DNA from: a virus
Taxonomy: Duplodnaviria; Caudoviricetes
Reading direction: 5' to 3' (one strand)
IMG/VR virus record: IMGVR_UViG_3300049205_000009
Span: 1-49,314 of that record
Length of the DNA stretch: 49,314 bases
In this document: one piece after another, positions 10,958 to 20,146 of the stretch
Layout: each line of letters starts with the position of its first letter
Numbering within the stretch: position 1 is the stretch's first letter
Program-made: the position numbers and the translations under genes
Notes under the pieces: generated by a model
Seen by the model: only the letters and a program-made list of their open reading frames with translations
Told to the model about the DNA's origin: nothing
Database searches by the model: none

Positions 10958-11761
10958 TTATACATATTTGATAGATTCTCCTGTTTCACCTCCTGCAAAG
11001 AAATCATTTGGCAATGTCTGATTTGGTATAAGTCTAACCCACATATTCTTGAATCTATCCATCTTATCAATGGAAGGAAACGCAGCTTTATTGCGAGCTA
11101 ATATCTTGTATTCACACCAAGATGCATGTGCCATCTTATAATCTACTACAGGGTTACTATAACCAAGTAGCATCAGTTTACTCATTACATACCATGAAAT
11201 TGCTGTTGCATAGTAATAATGATCGGGAACCATTGGATATCCATCACTACATACAGGATATGCCTCATAGTGAAGCTTTATATGTCCGGATTCAAAGCTA
11301 GTTATAATATAATTAGGGTTGATTAGGTAGTAGTCAGAGACTACTTGTTCTGGTCCAATAGCTGAATCTATAAGCCTCTCGGTAGAAGCTGATAAACCTG
11401 CCTCAAGATCAGTAACAACTGATACACCATTGTTAGAGTATATATCTGTTGTACGAGCACGATCAGGTAGTGAGAATCCTGTTTGATCCCCACCATAAGG
11501 TAATCTTCTACCGTTGTATTCAACTGCTTGCAAATTGACTAAATCACATGGGAGCTTAGCACGATAATTCTCTATTGTAAGAGCATCTTGACATCCTTCA
11601 TTACCAGTAGACTTATTAGTTAAACCTGCTGATTGACCAATAGCTTCTGCTGCTTCACCTATCCATTCAATAGCTGAGGCTTCCCAACCGGGTATAGTAG
11701 GTTTGAAATCTCTGTAGATTTTAGCTATAATGAATTTTGCAGAAACTAACTTGTATATCAT
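10958..11761 (-). CDS. Tail tubular/ring protein (P22 gp4-like), 267 aa
   Basis: EWIGEA..AIG, IENYRAKLPCDL, YIITSFESG.I.LHY...DGYPMVPD motifs of crAss ring proteins. Upstream of the muzzle gene. Confidence 0.8.
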   Translation of the reverse strand: MIYKLVSAKFIIAKIYRDFKPTIPGWEASAIEWIGEAAEAIGQSAGLTNKSTGNEGCQDALTIENYRAKLPCDLVNLQAVEYNGRRLPYGGDQTGFSLPDRARTTDIYSNNGVSVVTDLEAGLSASTERLIDSAIGPEQVVSDYYLINPNYIITSFESGHIKLHYEAYPVCSDGYPMVPDHYYYATAISWYVMSKLMLLGYSNPVVDYKMAHASWCEYKILARNKAAFPSIDKMDRFKNMWVRLIPNQTLPNDFFAGGETGESIKYV

Positions 11762-12231
11762 GGTTGAAATCTTAAAGCTGCGAGAGGATCACTCCGTAAC
11801 ATTTTAACTAATTTATTTCGATTACCGTCCTTCTTAGAGTTAGATACTGTTGGAGAAAAACTGTATACCGTCTTGTTCTTAACTGTACACTTCTTCTTTT
11901 CCCAGTACCATCTATACCAATATGGATCAGTATAATAAACCAGATATTTCTCTACACCTGTTTTTTGAAGTTTACGTGACTCAGCCCAATCAATAGGAGG
12001 TTCAGCCTTAAAACTTCTTTTAACCTTCTTTATTCTAATTCTACCTAGATGAAACTTAGGGTTAAATGTATATCCCATGAGGATCGCATCTGATATCTTC
12101 TTATTAAATCTTGATAGTACCTCTTTAAACAGTAAATAGCTGACATCATCAGTATTCTTCTTTTTAAAAAACTTGTACATTTCTATGGCTGTTAGACTCT
12201 TACGAGTCTGCCTTAATCTCTTTTCCTTCAT
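11758..12231 (-). CDS. IHF/HU-like basic DNA-binding protein of the crAss tail block
   Basis: Very basic. FNKKISDAILMGYTFNPKFHLGRIRIKK resembles the HU/IHF helix-strand core. Conserved position. Confidence 0.6.
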   Translation of the reverse strand: MKEKRLRQTRKSLTAIEMYKFFKKKNTDDVSYLLFKEVLSRFNKKISDAILMGYTFNPKFHLGRIRIKKVKRSFKAEPPIDWAESRKLQKTGVEKYLVYYTDPYWYRWYWEKKKCTVKNKTVYSFSPTVSNSKKDGNRNKLVKMLRSDPLAALRFQP

Positions 12232-12847
12232 TTGTATCTCTTAGTATTTGCAACTCTCCTTGTATAATACCAGTTTTAATTCCAGCTATCATGTCTTCAG
12301 GACATGGAAAATATGTATCGTCTGTATAGCAATCTGCTCCTGCACAATGGTTAAATCTAGCCGCCTCTCTTGGATCAGCAAATATACCACGTATGTTAAC
12401 ATAACCCGCTGTAGCATTCACTAAGTATACTCTACTGTTCATATAGTAATACCTAGGGTCTAGTTTAGAATACTTATTATATGATACATAGCTAACTTCT
12501 TCAGGTAGTATCATGGTATATCTAGTTTTCTTATCTATAGCACCAACAAATACGAAATCCTCTAAGCCTTTAAGTCTTACAGGATCAGGTAATTCATCTA
12601 CTGTTCTGATAACATTACACTCAGATTCTACATCACAACACTCAGCAGAGTCAACTTTCTCAGTTGGTACACATCCTAAGTCTTGTATAAATAAGGCATT
12701 ATAACGTCCATTCTTAGTATAGTCTTGACGTATAAACAACGCCCTATAATTGATTATAGAGAACTTTAAATCATTAATAAGCATAAAATCAATAGGCTTA
12801 CCAAGTTTGGTAGCTATTGAATATGCTATTTCATTTAACGATGCCAT
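12200..12847 (-). CDS. Tail ring protein, 215 aa
   Basis: MASLNEIAY...YRALFIRQ...IQDLGCV...VNIRGIFADP...YFPCPEDM pattern of crAss ring proteins. Confidence 0.75.
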   Translation of the reverse strand: MASLNEIAYSIATKLGKPIDFMLINDLKFSIINYRALFIRQDYTKNGRYNALFIQDLGCVPTEKVDSAECCDVESECNVIRTVDELPDPVRLKGLEDFVFVGAIDKKTRYTMILPEEVSYVSYNKYSKLDPRYYYMNSRVYLVNATAGYVNIRGIFADPREAARFNHCAGADCYTDDTYFPCPEDMIAGIKTGIIQGELQILRDTNEGKEIKADS

Positions 12848-13484
12848 ATATCAGAAGTCCTCCTAATACGCCTAGACCAATATCCTTCAGTGTATTTTTA
12901 GTTTTTACTTTACGTTTATATCTATTGAAACTATCACGTTCAATAACTAATTGTTCATCCTTCAGAGTAATTATCTGTCTTAGATTACTACGATCTGTCT
13001 CATAGTTTACAAACAGTGCTGAGTCTATCTTAAGTTGAGCTTGATAGTTAAAATTGATCTTACTCACTACTTCATACTCAGCCATTACCTGATTATAATC
13101 CTTTGACTTCTCAACCAAGTATACTACTGTATTACGTGGTATAGGTAACTTAACACCAGAAGAGTCATTAGCCTCTTTAATAGCTTCATTAACTAATTCG
13201 TCATTAGTCAACTTATCAACTTTAACCTTAGGCTTACTCTTCAATGTTTTTAAAACATAATGCAGAGAGTCTGCTTCATTAGCTAAATCGTTACGTTGAT
13301 CAAAGAAGACATCTCTTTCAGCTTTATTAACTGTAATACTATCTTCCATCTGAAAAATAACTTCTTGAAGTTTAGAGATTTTAGCATCTCTATCTTGTTC
13401 TATTTTAGAAACTTCATTCTTGAATATCCCTATGAGTACCACGACCATTAAGACTGCTAGTACTGCCACTATTGTTGCTCTCAT
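12831..13484 (-). CDS. Membrane-anchored coiled-coil protein, candidate spanin-like lysis accessory
   Basis: N-terminal TM helix, long coiled coil and C-terminal hydrophobic GLGVLGGLLIYGIV. Adjacent to holin-like and endolysin genes. Confidence 0.45.
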   Translation of the reverse strand: MRATIVAVLAVLMVVVLIGIFKNEVSKIEQDRDAKISKLQEVIFQMEDSITVNKAERDVFFDQRNDLANEADSLHYVLKTLKSKPKVKVDKLTNDELVNEAIKEANDSSGVKLPIPRNTVVYLVEKSKDYNQVMAEYEVVSKINFNYQAQLKIDSALFVNYETDRSNLRQIITLKDEQLVIERDSFNRYKRKVKTKNTLKDIGLGVLGGLLIYGIVK

Positions 13485-13668
13485 TTTCTTCTACAAATCT
13501 TACTAATACCTTACCTACTACACCTGTTATTAAGCTAATAAAAGCCATTATATGGTTATCTGCGAAGATAGCATAAGCTGTAATTGATTGAGAAACAATC
13601 ATCAGAACATCAGAAATAAGCTCTACAGAAATTGGAGTCTTACCTTTATATCTTTTTGTTAGTTTCAT
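13414..13668 (-). CDS. Holin-like small membrane protein
   Basis: Basic N-terminus (KRYKGKTP) followed by two hydrophobic segments, within the lysis cassette. Confidence 0.5.
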   Translation of the reverse strand: MKLTKRYKGKTPISVELISDVLMIVSQSITAYAIFADNHIMAFISLITGVVGKVLVRFVEENESNNSGSTSSLNGRGTHRDIQE

Positions 13669-13843
13669 CTCTTTTACGTTCAATGTGCTTTAATATTTTA
13701 TTAGCTGTCCATCCACCCAATGCACCTACCATACCTAGTATGAAGGCTGTTAAAAAGTTCTGAGCTAAACCTAAAAAATTAACCCCTACTAAGGAAAGGA
13801 TGGCTCCTAAGATAGAGGCTTTAATGTCTGCGTAGTGACTCAT
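13646..13843 (-). CDS. Holin-like small membrane protein, 65 aa
   Basis: Two TM-like segments and a charged basic C-tail, immediately downstream of the endolysin. Confidence 0.55.
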   Translation of the reverse strand: MSHYADIKASILGAILSLVGVNFLGLAQNFLTAFILGMVGALGGWTANKILKHIERKRDETNKKI

Positions 13844-13845
13844 AT

Positions 13846-14373
13846 TTATACGTTTAATACTGATTTACATCTTATCCAATGTTTACTTCTATCAGCTAAA
13901 CCATTATAGCCACCATTTATTCTTTTTGTAATTCCTTTAAAATCATCTCTATCTGCGAGATCATTTAACCCTGCTCTGTTCCAGAACCATCCAGCAGCTA
14001 AGGCACTATATTTGGGTTCTGCTACAAGAGAGGGAGTGCTAACAAAGTCAATATTACAGAAGTTACTAAAACTTCTATAGTTGTTCCTGCCAGTAAGCTG
14101 TATAAGTCCTCTTCCTTTGAATCTTTTTCCATCACCTTTTACTATGTTACCTAAGTCTTTTCTACCTTCATAATCATGTCCATCAGCTATCTCTTCATGA
14201 TATCTAAATGATCCACTTTCATGTGCTAATTGAGCAATAAAGGCAGCAATACGTTTGGGAGTATTAATCTCAAACGCAGTCAAAGTCTTGTTAATAGGTT
14301 CTAAATACCTATCAATAAGATATTCCTTAGCGAAAGGAACCATTGACTTTAATTGCTGCCTAGTAAGTATCAT
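13846..14373 (-). CDS. Glycoside hydrolase family 19 (chitinase-like) endolysin
   Basis: AAFIAQLAHESG, YEGRKDLGN, FKGRGLIQLTGRNNY and ITKRINGGYNGLADR motifs. Confidence 0.95.
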   Translation of the reverse strand: MILTRQQLKSMVPFAKEYLIDRYLEPINKTLTAFEINTPKRIAAFIAQLAHESGSFRYHEEIADGHDYEGRKDLGNIVKGDGKRFKGRGLIQLTGRNNYRSFSNFCNIDFVSTPSLVAEPKYSALAAGWFWNRAGLNDLADRDDFKGITKRINGGYNGLADRSKHWIRCKSVLNV

Positions 14374-14633
14374 TAGAATGTAATAACCAAGTTAATTGCT
14401 GTTGCTGCCCAAATCTTTGTAAATGAGGTTGGATGATATCCAGCCGACATTGTTTCAGTTTGAGTTTGTCCACCTTCAGTGGTATACTTTACTGAACCCC
14501 CACCAGAGGGTACTTCAATAAAGAATGGAGCGTTATTACCTAAAGTATAATCTGCTCCTGCCGTGTATATAACTCTATTTTTGGTAGAGATACGTTCTGT
14601 TAAGTTGTCGATTTCGTCGCCTACTGTTGCCAT
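14373..14633 (-). CDS. Putative head-spike base protein (RcGTA Rcc01079-like), 86 aa
   Basis: IEVPSGGGSVKYTTEGGQTQT...AGYHPTSFTKIWAAT matches, from memory, the xxVGxGGxVxVTxxGGxTVT...AGxxxPxxxxRVxAT pattern of Rcc01079-family proteins. Confidence 0.5.
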   Translation of the reverse strand: MATVGDEIDNLTERISTKNRVIYTAGADYTLGNNAPFFIEVPSGGGSVKYTTEGGQTQTETMSAGYHPTSFTKIWAATAINLVITF

Positions 14634-14634
14634 A

Positions 14635-15297
14635 TTATAAGTCCATTAAAATTGGAAATGCTACCTTACCTTTATCTAATACTACACCACAAGAGACGAT
14701 AAACTTTCTTGGGTAATCCTTTGAGTAAGCTAGAGCATAAGCTCTTTGATCTACTCCACATCCTACTTGCATACCAAAGATTCTATCATGTTCAGAAGCT
14801 GAATAATTAATAGAAGCAAAGCTATGTAGGTGTCCTTGAACTACTGATTTACGTAAATATAACGCTGTATTAAAAGCTGCTAAATTGCCAGATGAACCAG
14901 TACCGTGTCTATAAAGAACACTTTCAAACTCAAACTGTGAACCATATTCCCAATTAGGTGTTTGTAAAATATCACCATAATCCTTGATCCACTTCTTAGG
15001 TATTCCACCTTCAAAAGCTTTTCTCTTAATTAAGGCATCATGGTTACCTTCTGTAACATATGCCTCTGGAAAAGCTTTGTACCACTTAGAGAGCTTATCT
15101 ATTGCTAGTTCGAGTTCAGTTCCTCCTCCATAACCATCAGGATCAGTCGTGTGGAAACTAGGATAATGATTATCAATAACATCGCCAATAAATACTACTC
15201 TTTTACAATTGTAACGTTTCTGGATGGATTTGCAAAACTTCAAGTATCCTTCTCTAGTAAACGGTTCGTGTAAGTCCCCTATAATTAAGGTATTCAT
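14635..15297 (-). CDS. Calcineurin-like metallophosphoesterase
   Basis: All five motifs are present: GDLH, GDVID, GNHD, HG and GHLH. Confidence 0.92.
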   Translation of the reverse strand: MNTLIIGDLHEPFTREGYLKFCKSIQKRYNCKRVVFIGDVIDNHYPSFHTTDPDGYGGGTELELAIDKLSKWYKAFPEAYVTEGNHDALIKRKAFEGGIPKKWIKDYGDILQTPNWEYGSQFEFESVLYRHGTGSSGNLAAFNTALYLRKSVVQGHLHSFASINYSASEHDRIFGMQVGCGVDQRAYALAYSKDYPRKFIVSCGVVLDKGKVAFPILMDL

Positions 15298-15301
15298 CCT
15301 A

Positions 15302-15309
15302 CAAAGATA
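15302..15309 (-). promoter_or_regulatory. Bacteroidota-type -7 promoter element TATCTTTG
   Basis: Exact TAnnTTTG on the minus strand, 4 nt before the ATG at 15297. Confidence 0.65.
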
Positions 15310-15322
15310 ATATATAAAAATC

Positions 15323-16090
15323 TTATTTAATTGGGAATTCGTAGGTATTTCCTAAAGTAGTAAATCTTACTATGCTTCCATCAATTATCTGTATGGTATT
15401 TACATATTCAATAGTAGGTTGACCAATATCTGCTCGCCTTTGAGCATTCAACCATTCAGTAAATCCTGATTGTGGTCCTTCTTTAAAAACCTTGTTCCAT
15501 ATAGCGTGAGAAGACCCACCATAGATCGTCTTTTTGATCTGTTCATAGCCTGCCAAAGCATTAACATTGTTACATGAAGTAATTGTTATGCTAGAACTCA
15601 CTGTAGGGTCGTCCTGAGCATGAAACGCCCATCCTGGTACTTTAGTGTCAGCTATTGTTTGAGGGTTTGTAGCGCCTTTAACACAGCAAATAGGCACAAA
15701 GGCAGCTATTTGTCTGGAAACCTCTGTATCTAACATACCACCCCAAACTGCTCCTCCACCCCAAGAACATCCTGAAAGGTATATTCTAGAGAAATCTATC
15801 TTTGAAGCCTGAGCAGTTCTAAGGTATTCAAGGCATTCCTTAACATGCTCTGCTGTCCATGATCCACTAGGTAATTGAATAGCTAAAACAGCATAGGTAA
15901 TAGGAACACCTAAAGCTGCATCTTTAGCATAATAAAGAGGTCCATAATTATCTAGTAACTCAACATTAGTACCACTCTCACCTATACCATGAAACCACAG
16001 CATACAGCCAACGGGAACCTGGGTATCAGGGAAGTAGAACTTCCCTTTAAACCCAGATTTTGTTGTTATATTATAGATATAAGCTGCCAT
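15323..16090 (-). CDS. Alpha/beta hydrolase (predicted peptidase/esterase type)
   Basis: WFHGIGE oxyanion motif, GCSWGG nucleophile elbow, FHAQDDPTV acid and SHAIW His give a complete triad. Confidence 0.88.
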   Translation of the reverse strand: MAAYIYNITTKSGFKGKFYFPDTQVPVGCMLWFHGIGESGTNVELLDNYGPLYYAKDAALGVPITYAVLAIQLPSGSWTAEHVKECLEYLRTAQASKIDFSRIYLSGCSWGGGAVWGGMLDTEVSRQIAAFVPICCVKGATNPQTIADTKVPGWAFHAQDDPTVSSSITITSCNNVNALAGYEQIKKTIYGGSSHAIWNKVFKEGPQSGFTEWLNAQRRADIGQPTIEYVNTIQIIDGSIVRFTTLGNTYEFPIK

Positions 16091-16485
16091 TATTCTTTAA
16101 TTAATATCTCTGCTAGTACATCAAGTTCTTCAATACCAACACCAGAAGCAGAGCTTGATAGTTCCTTAACAGTCATAAAGTTTGTTGGTTGAAGATCAAC
16201 CTTCGTTCCAATTAACTTATTCATATCTGCTTGAATTTCCTCTATTCTAGTATGACTTGCATACTCATAGTTACCATTAGCACTTGGTTTGACATCATAC
16301 TTCTTAAGTACTTCCACTTGAAGACTACGAAGTTCATCCAAACTTTCTCTAATAGCTTTCTTTAATTTAAAAAGCTTAGTAAGAGTTCCTACCTCTAAGC
16401 CTACGTTCTTAATAAGACCTAACATCTTGTTAACAAGTTGTACATCCATGTAGCTGTACTTCGGTTCATTCTTTGATTTTGCCAT
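16090..16485 (-). CDS. Hypothetical helical protein, possible fibre chaperone
   Basis: 131 aa helical ORF directly after the fibre genes. Function is inferred from position only. Confidence 0.5.
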   Translation of the reverse strand: MAKSKNEPKYSYMDVQLVNKMLGLIKNVGLEVGTLTKLFKLKKAIRESLDELRSLQVEVLKKYDVKPSANGNYEYASHTRIEEIQADMNKLIGTKVDLQPTNFMTVKELSSSASGVGIEELDVLAEILIKE

Positions 16486-16535
16486 TTTCTATAAATTTAT
16501 CCCGCTAAGTTATATGAATTTTACTTTAATTCCAA

Positions 16536-18986
16536 TTAGGGTACATTAACCCATGAGGTAAAATATTCTATTCCAACTAGATTACCAGTCTTAGCAATTG
16601 GTATAGTACCTCTCCTAAACCACTTATTCTGTCCAGTTGGAGGAGTGTATGCCTTAGCAGTAGCTCCCGGAATTGTAGCTATTGTAGCCAAATTAGGTGC
16701 GCCTGCTGAATCACTAGCTGAGTACCATTGATGATAAGTATATGTAGGAGCAGATACAGTTACTATTACAGTATCAGAAGCAGTTAATCCATCATTATCT
16801 GTGACAGTACATCTGAATAGATAACTACCAACAACTAAGCCACTTACTGTCACTGTCGCTGTTGTACCATTAGTCAGTGTTGGTACATTAGGTCCAGATA
16901 CAGTTTCCCACAGATATGATGCTATAGTTCCATCAGGATCAGAAGCCGTAGCTGTAATAGTTGTAGAGCTAACTACAAGATCAATATCAGCACCACAGTC
17001 AACTACGGGAGGTTGATCACCAGCCAATAGAGCGTAATGATACATATCAGTCCATGCAGCAGAGCCAGTTTCGAAAGCACCTACAGAAGGAGTAGCAGTA
17101 ACATGAGATGTATTACCATAATCTTTCTTAGTTGAATAAGAGCTAATGTTTACACCAGCAGCAATAGCTGAGGCACCAGCTTTTAGTCTATAATCATCAT
17201 TAGCAGAGTCATTAAAGTATGTGCTAAGAGTTACACCTGTCAACATTAAATTACCAGTTTTTGTAAAGACAGAAGGAGCATCTATAGTTGTTTGTCCACA
17301 GTTGATCCATAAGTTGTTCTGCACATTACCTTGAGGTGTATCACTAAACAACTGCATAGTCTTAGTTGTATTAGCATGACCAATAAAGGTATTATGATAT
17401 ATACGACAATATAAGTTAGCATTAGTCAAATCAGGACGTGCTATATATCCCGGAGAGTAACCAAGGTTAGTAGGTATATCAGTATTAATTGAATGCTGTC
17501 CAGTATAAGCTATAGGAGCACCAGAAGGATTAGGGAGAGCCGCACCATAGTACCCCTGTAACTGTGTACTAGTCTCACCAGATAGTGATGAATCATTGGT
17601 ACCTGGTCTGATAACTAAATTATGATGGCATTCAGTTAAACCAGTATCGTATCCACGTATACCAGTACCATTAATATCTTTAATAAAGTTATATGCTACT
17701 TCACCCGCAAATCCGTCAGCAAAGAAGTATCCAAAGTTCTGTCCAGCATGATTAAGGGTAGCTATATCACTAGCATAATTATATCTCATGAATGCAGACT
17801 TGGTAATACACTTCATTTGAATTGCATCCCATCCAGTACGTTCAATAATATTCCACTCTACAGCAGCATGTTCTATAATATGATAAAATCTGTTACCATC
17901 ACCACCGCGACCAGAAAAGAATCCACCACCTATGTATATGCCCTCACCATCTACATCATGGATATAACAGTTACGAATTGATATGTAACTCATGTTATCA
18001 TCACGAGATGCAGTATTCTGAGATGTACGTCTATCACCAGCGTTACCCGCGTCTACTCCCGGAGAAGCTGTAGGAGGGTGGGTTAAGTCAGTTTTAATCT
18101 GAATACCAATAAAGTTAGTTGGACCAACCTCACATCCAGATATTGATATATTACCTCTAAATCCATCATTACAACGAAATACGGTATTACTAGTTGATTT
18201 AAATCCTATACCATAAGAGTTAAATGTGTATGGAGTATTATCAGCAGGTTGACCGATGAATCTTATATGTTGAGATCGTTTAATAAGTACAGGATTATCA
18301 CCAGTATTATCTTCAACGAATCCTATTGCACCAATATTAGTTACATAAATCTCTTTACCGTAGAGACCATTAATAAGATCATTATTAATAGTAAGAGCAG
18401 CTATATTCCCAGATGCAAAGTTTAATCCAACAGTTTCACCAGCAGTAACAGTTGTCCAATCAAATAGAGCTAAATTAGTATTATTTAATTCCCAAACTAT
18501 ATAACCACCATTAGTCCTTATCTCGGATATCTTAGTATTAGCCGTACCAGATAAAGCCCATAAGTCTGCTGCAACCTTAACCCAGTCACCCGTTGTTACA
18601 GATGCTGTAAGGAATGAAGAGAGATTAGCAGCATTTAAGGTAAAATCAAGTGGATAATTGGACCTATAACACGGTCTACCAACATTATCTGTAAACCCAA
18701 TAGATAAGACGAATATAGCATAAGTGGGATCACCAGTTCCTGTAGCTGTTACAACTATATGATAGGTAGTTTCATGATCATCCCAAGCAGATGGTACAGT
18801 TCCAGAAAATGTACGAGTAGCAGAAGTAAATGTTAACCAACTAGGTAATGATCTACCTAATACAGGACGATCCAAATTAGCAGTATAGGCTGTAGCATCA
18901 GTAAAGGTATCAGCAGGAAACTGATAACTAAAACTAGCTCCTTCTTGAGTATATTGATTCGGTATCCAGTTAACTAAAGTTGGCAT
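16536..18986 (-). CDS. Fibre/adhesin: He_PIG Ig domain + right-handed parallel beta-helix + PKD-like domain + half Ig domain, 816 aa
   Basis: FSYQFPADTF...LPSWLTF...RTFSGT (He_PIG). IRNCYIHDVDGEGIYIG and WNIIERTGWDAIQ (beta-helix). DYRLKAGASAIAAG. TASDPDGTIASYLW..VSGP...Y.FRCTVTDNDG (PKD-like). Confidence 0.8.
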   Translation of the reverse strand: MPTLVNWIPNQYTQEGASFSYQFPADTFTDATAYTANLDRPVLGRSLPSWLTFTSATRTFSGTVPSAWDDHETTYHIVVTATGTGDPTYAIFVLSIGFTDNVGRPCYRSNYPLDFTLNAANLSSFLTASVTTGDWVKVAADLWALSGTANTKISEIRTNGGYIVWELNNTNLALFDWTTVTAGETVGLNFASGNIAALTINNDLINGLYGKEIYVTNIGAIGFVEDNTGDNPVLIKRSQHIRFIGQPADNTPYTFNSYGIGFKSTSNTVFRCNDGFRGNISISGCEVGPTNFIGIQIKTDLTHPPTASPGVDAGNAGDRRTSQNTASRDDNMSYISIRNCYIHDVDGEGIYIGGGFFSGRGGDGNRFYHIIEHAAVEWNIIERTGWDAIQMKCITKSAFMRYNYASDIATLNHAGQNFGYFFADGFAGEVAYNFIKDINGTGIRGYDTGLTECHHNLVIRPGTNDSSLSGETSTQLQGYYGAALPNPSGAPIAYTGQHSINTDIPTNLGYSPGYIARPDLTNANLYCRIYHNTFIGHANTTKTMQLFSDTPQGNVQNNLWINCGQTTIDAPSVFTKTGNLMLTGVTLSTYFNDSANDDYRLKAGASAIAAGVNISSYSTKKDYGNTSHVTATPSVGAFETGSAAWTDMYHYALLAGDQPPVVDCGADIDLVVSSTTITATASDPDGTIASYLWETVSGPNVPTLTNGTTATVTVSGLVVGSYLFRCTVTDNDGLTASDTVIVTVSAPTYTYHQWYSASDSAGAPNLATIATIPGATAKAYTPPTGQNKWFRRGTIPIAKTGNLVGIEYFTSWVNVP

Positions 18987-20146
18987 TATCCTAAGCTGTT
19001 TAATCTATTCCACACATCATCTTCATATTGATCATCTATCCATGTATTGATTCTTAAACCAAATTCATAGATTCTTCCATTAAATCCATTGGTACCAGTG
19101 AAACCTGCGCCAAGTTTAGCAGTAGTAGCTGCAATGGCAACACCATTATTGCTAAGTGTAAGTGATTCATCTAAGAAATAAGTACCAGCAGTTGTATTCT
19201 TATCCACTTGTATTCTTACTGTTACTACTGAACCATTAGATGAGGCTCTAACTCTAAATGATCTAAGAACTGTATCAGCAGTTCCGGTCATAGTAAATGT
19301 CTGTGAATCACGGCATGACCATTTAGATGTGGTAACGTTTCTAAAGTCTAAGCTAGATGCTGCTGAAAATAAGGTACGTATTGCAACGTTTATATCAGTC
19401 CACTTAGCTCTAGCAACCATATCAAAATGTCTATTACCTGTTGTATTAGCTACAGTTGTAAAGTTTAAAAACCTTTGTGCTACAGACGGATCGAAATTCA
19501 AATAAGGGTTGTTAGGATCAGTTGTAACTAATGTAGGTTCATTACCTGCTGGTGCTGTAAAATAATTTGATCCACCAGAAGTACCTCTATCAGGTGCTCT
19601 ATTTAGGACGTTATCATAACTACCCATCTGGAAGTAATGATCAACTATATCACCAAGATCAAATGGTGGTACAATATTAACAGCGGATGATGTAACCGAG
19701 TCTCCCGTAGGATTACCATTCTTAGGCGCTGTAGCAGTTTGTACAGGTGTTACTGTAACTGTAATATCCTTATCGGCATCCGCAGCTTGTACTACATAAG
19801 TAGAACTTGTTGCTCCTGATATAGCAGTATATACACCAGTACCTTCATCAGCTATATTCCATTGATACAAATGTGTACCAGCAGAATAACCAGATGGAGA
19901 GAAGAATGTCCATGAAGCAGTAAGTGTTTCACCTACTTCACCAGTACCAGTAATAATTAAACTTTGTACTTCAGGTGGTAAGTTATTTTCTAAATCATCA
20001 TCAACATCAGCATATGTATATGGTCCATCTAAGATACCTCCACCTAAGGATATAGATGTAGCACTAATAGTAGGTTTAGCGTTAGCTGGCGCGCCATCTC
20101 CACCTCCTATAATTCTACCTAAAGTATTTGCGTTAGCTAGTATCAT
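18986..20146 (-). CDS. Putative head-spike/fibre protein: short anchor, Ig-like repeats, LamG/ConA-like C-terminus, 386 aa
   Basis: GTGEVGETLTA...YQW...ISGATSSTY...D..I.VTVTP Ig-like repeat, and a C-terminal KLGAGFTGTNGFNGRIYE LamG-like strand pattern. Confidence 0.65.
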   Translation of the reverse strand: MILANANTLGRIIGGGDGAPANAKPTISATSISLGGGILDGPYTYADVDDDLENNLPPEVQSLIITGTGEVGETLTASWTFFSPSGYSAGTHLYQWNIADEGTGVYTAISGATSSTYVVQAADADKDITVTVTPVQTATAPKNGNPTGDSVTSSAVNIVPPFDLGDIVDHYFQMGSYDNVLNRAPDRGTSGGSNYFTAPAGNEPTLVTTDPNNPYLNFDPSVAQRFLNFTTVANTTGNRHFDMVARAKWTDINVAIRTLFSAASSLDFRNVTTSKWSCRDSQTFTMTGTADTVLRSFRVRASSNGSVVTVRIQVDKNTTAGTYFLDESLTLSNNGVAIAATTAKLGAGFTGTNGFNGRIYEFGLRINTWIDDQYEDDVWNRLNSLG

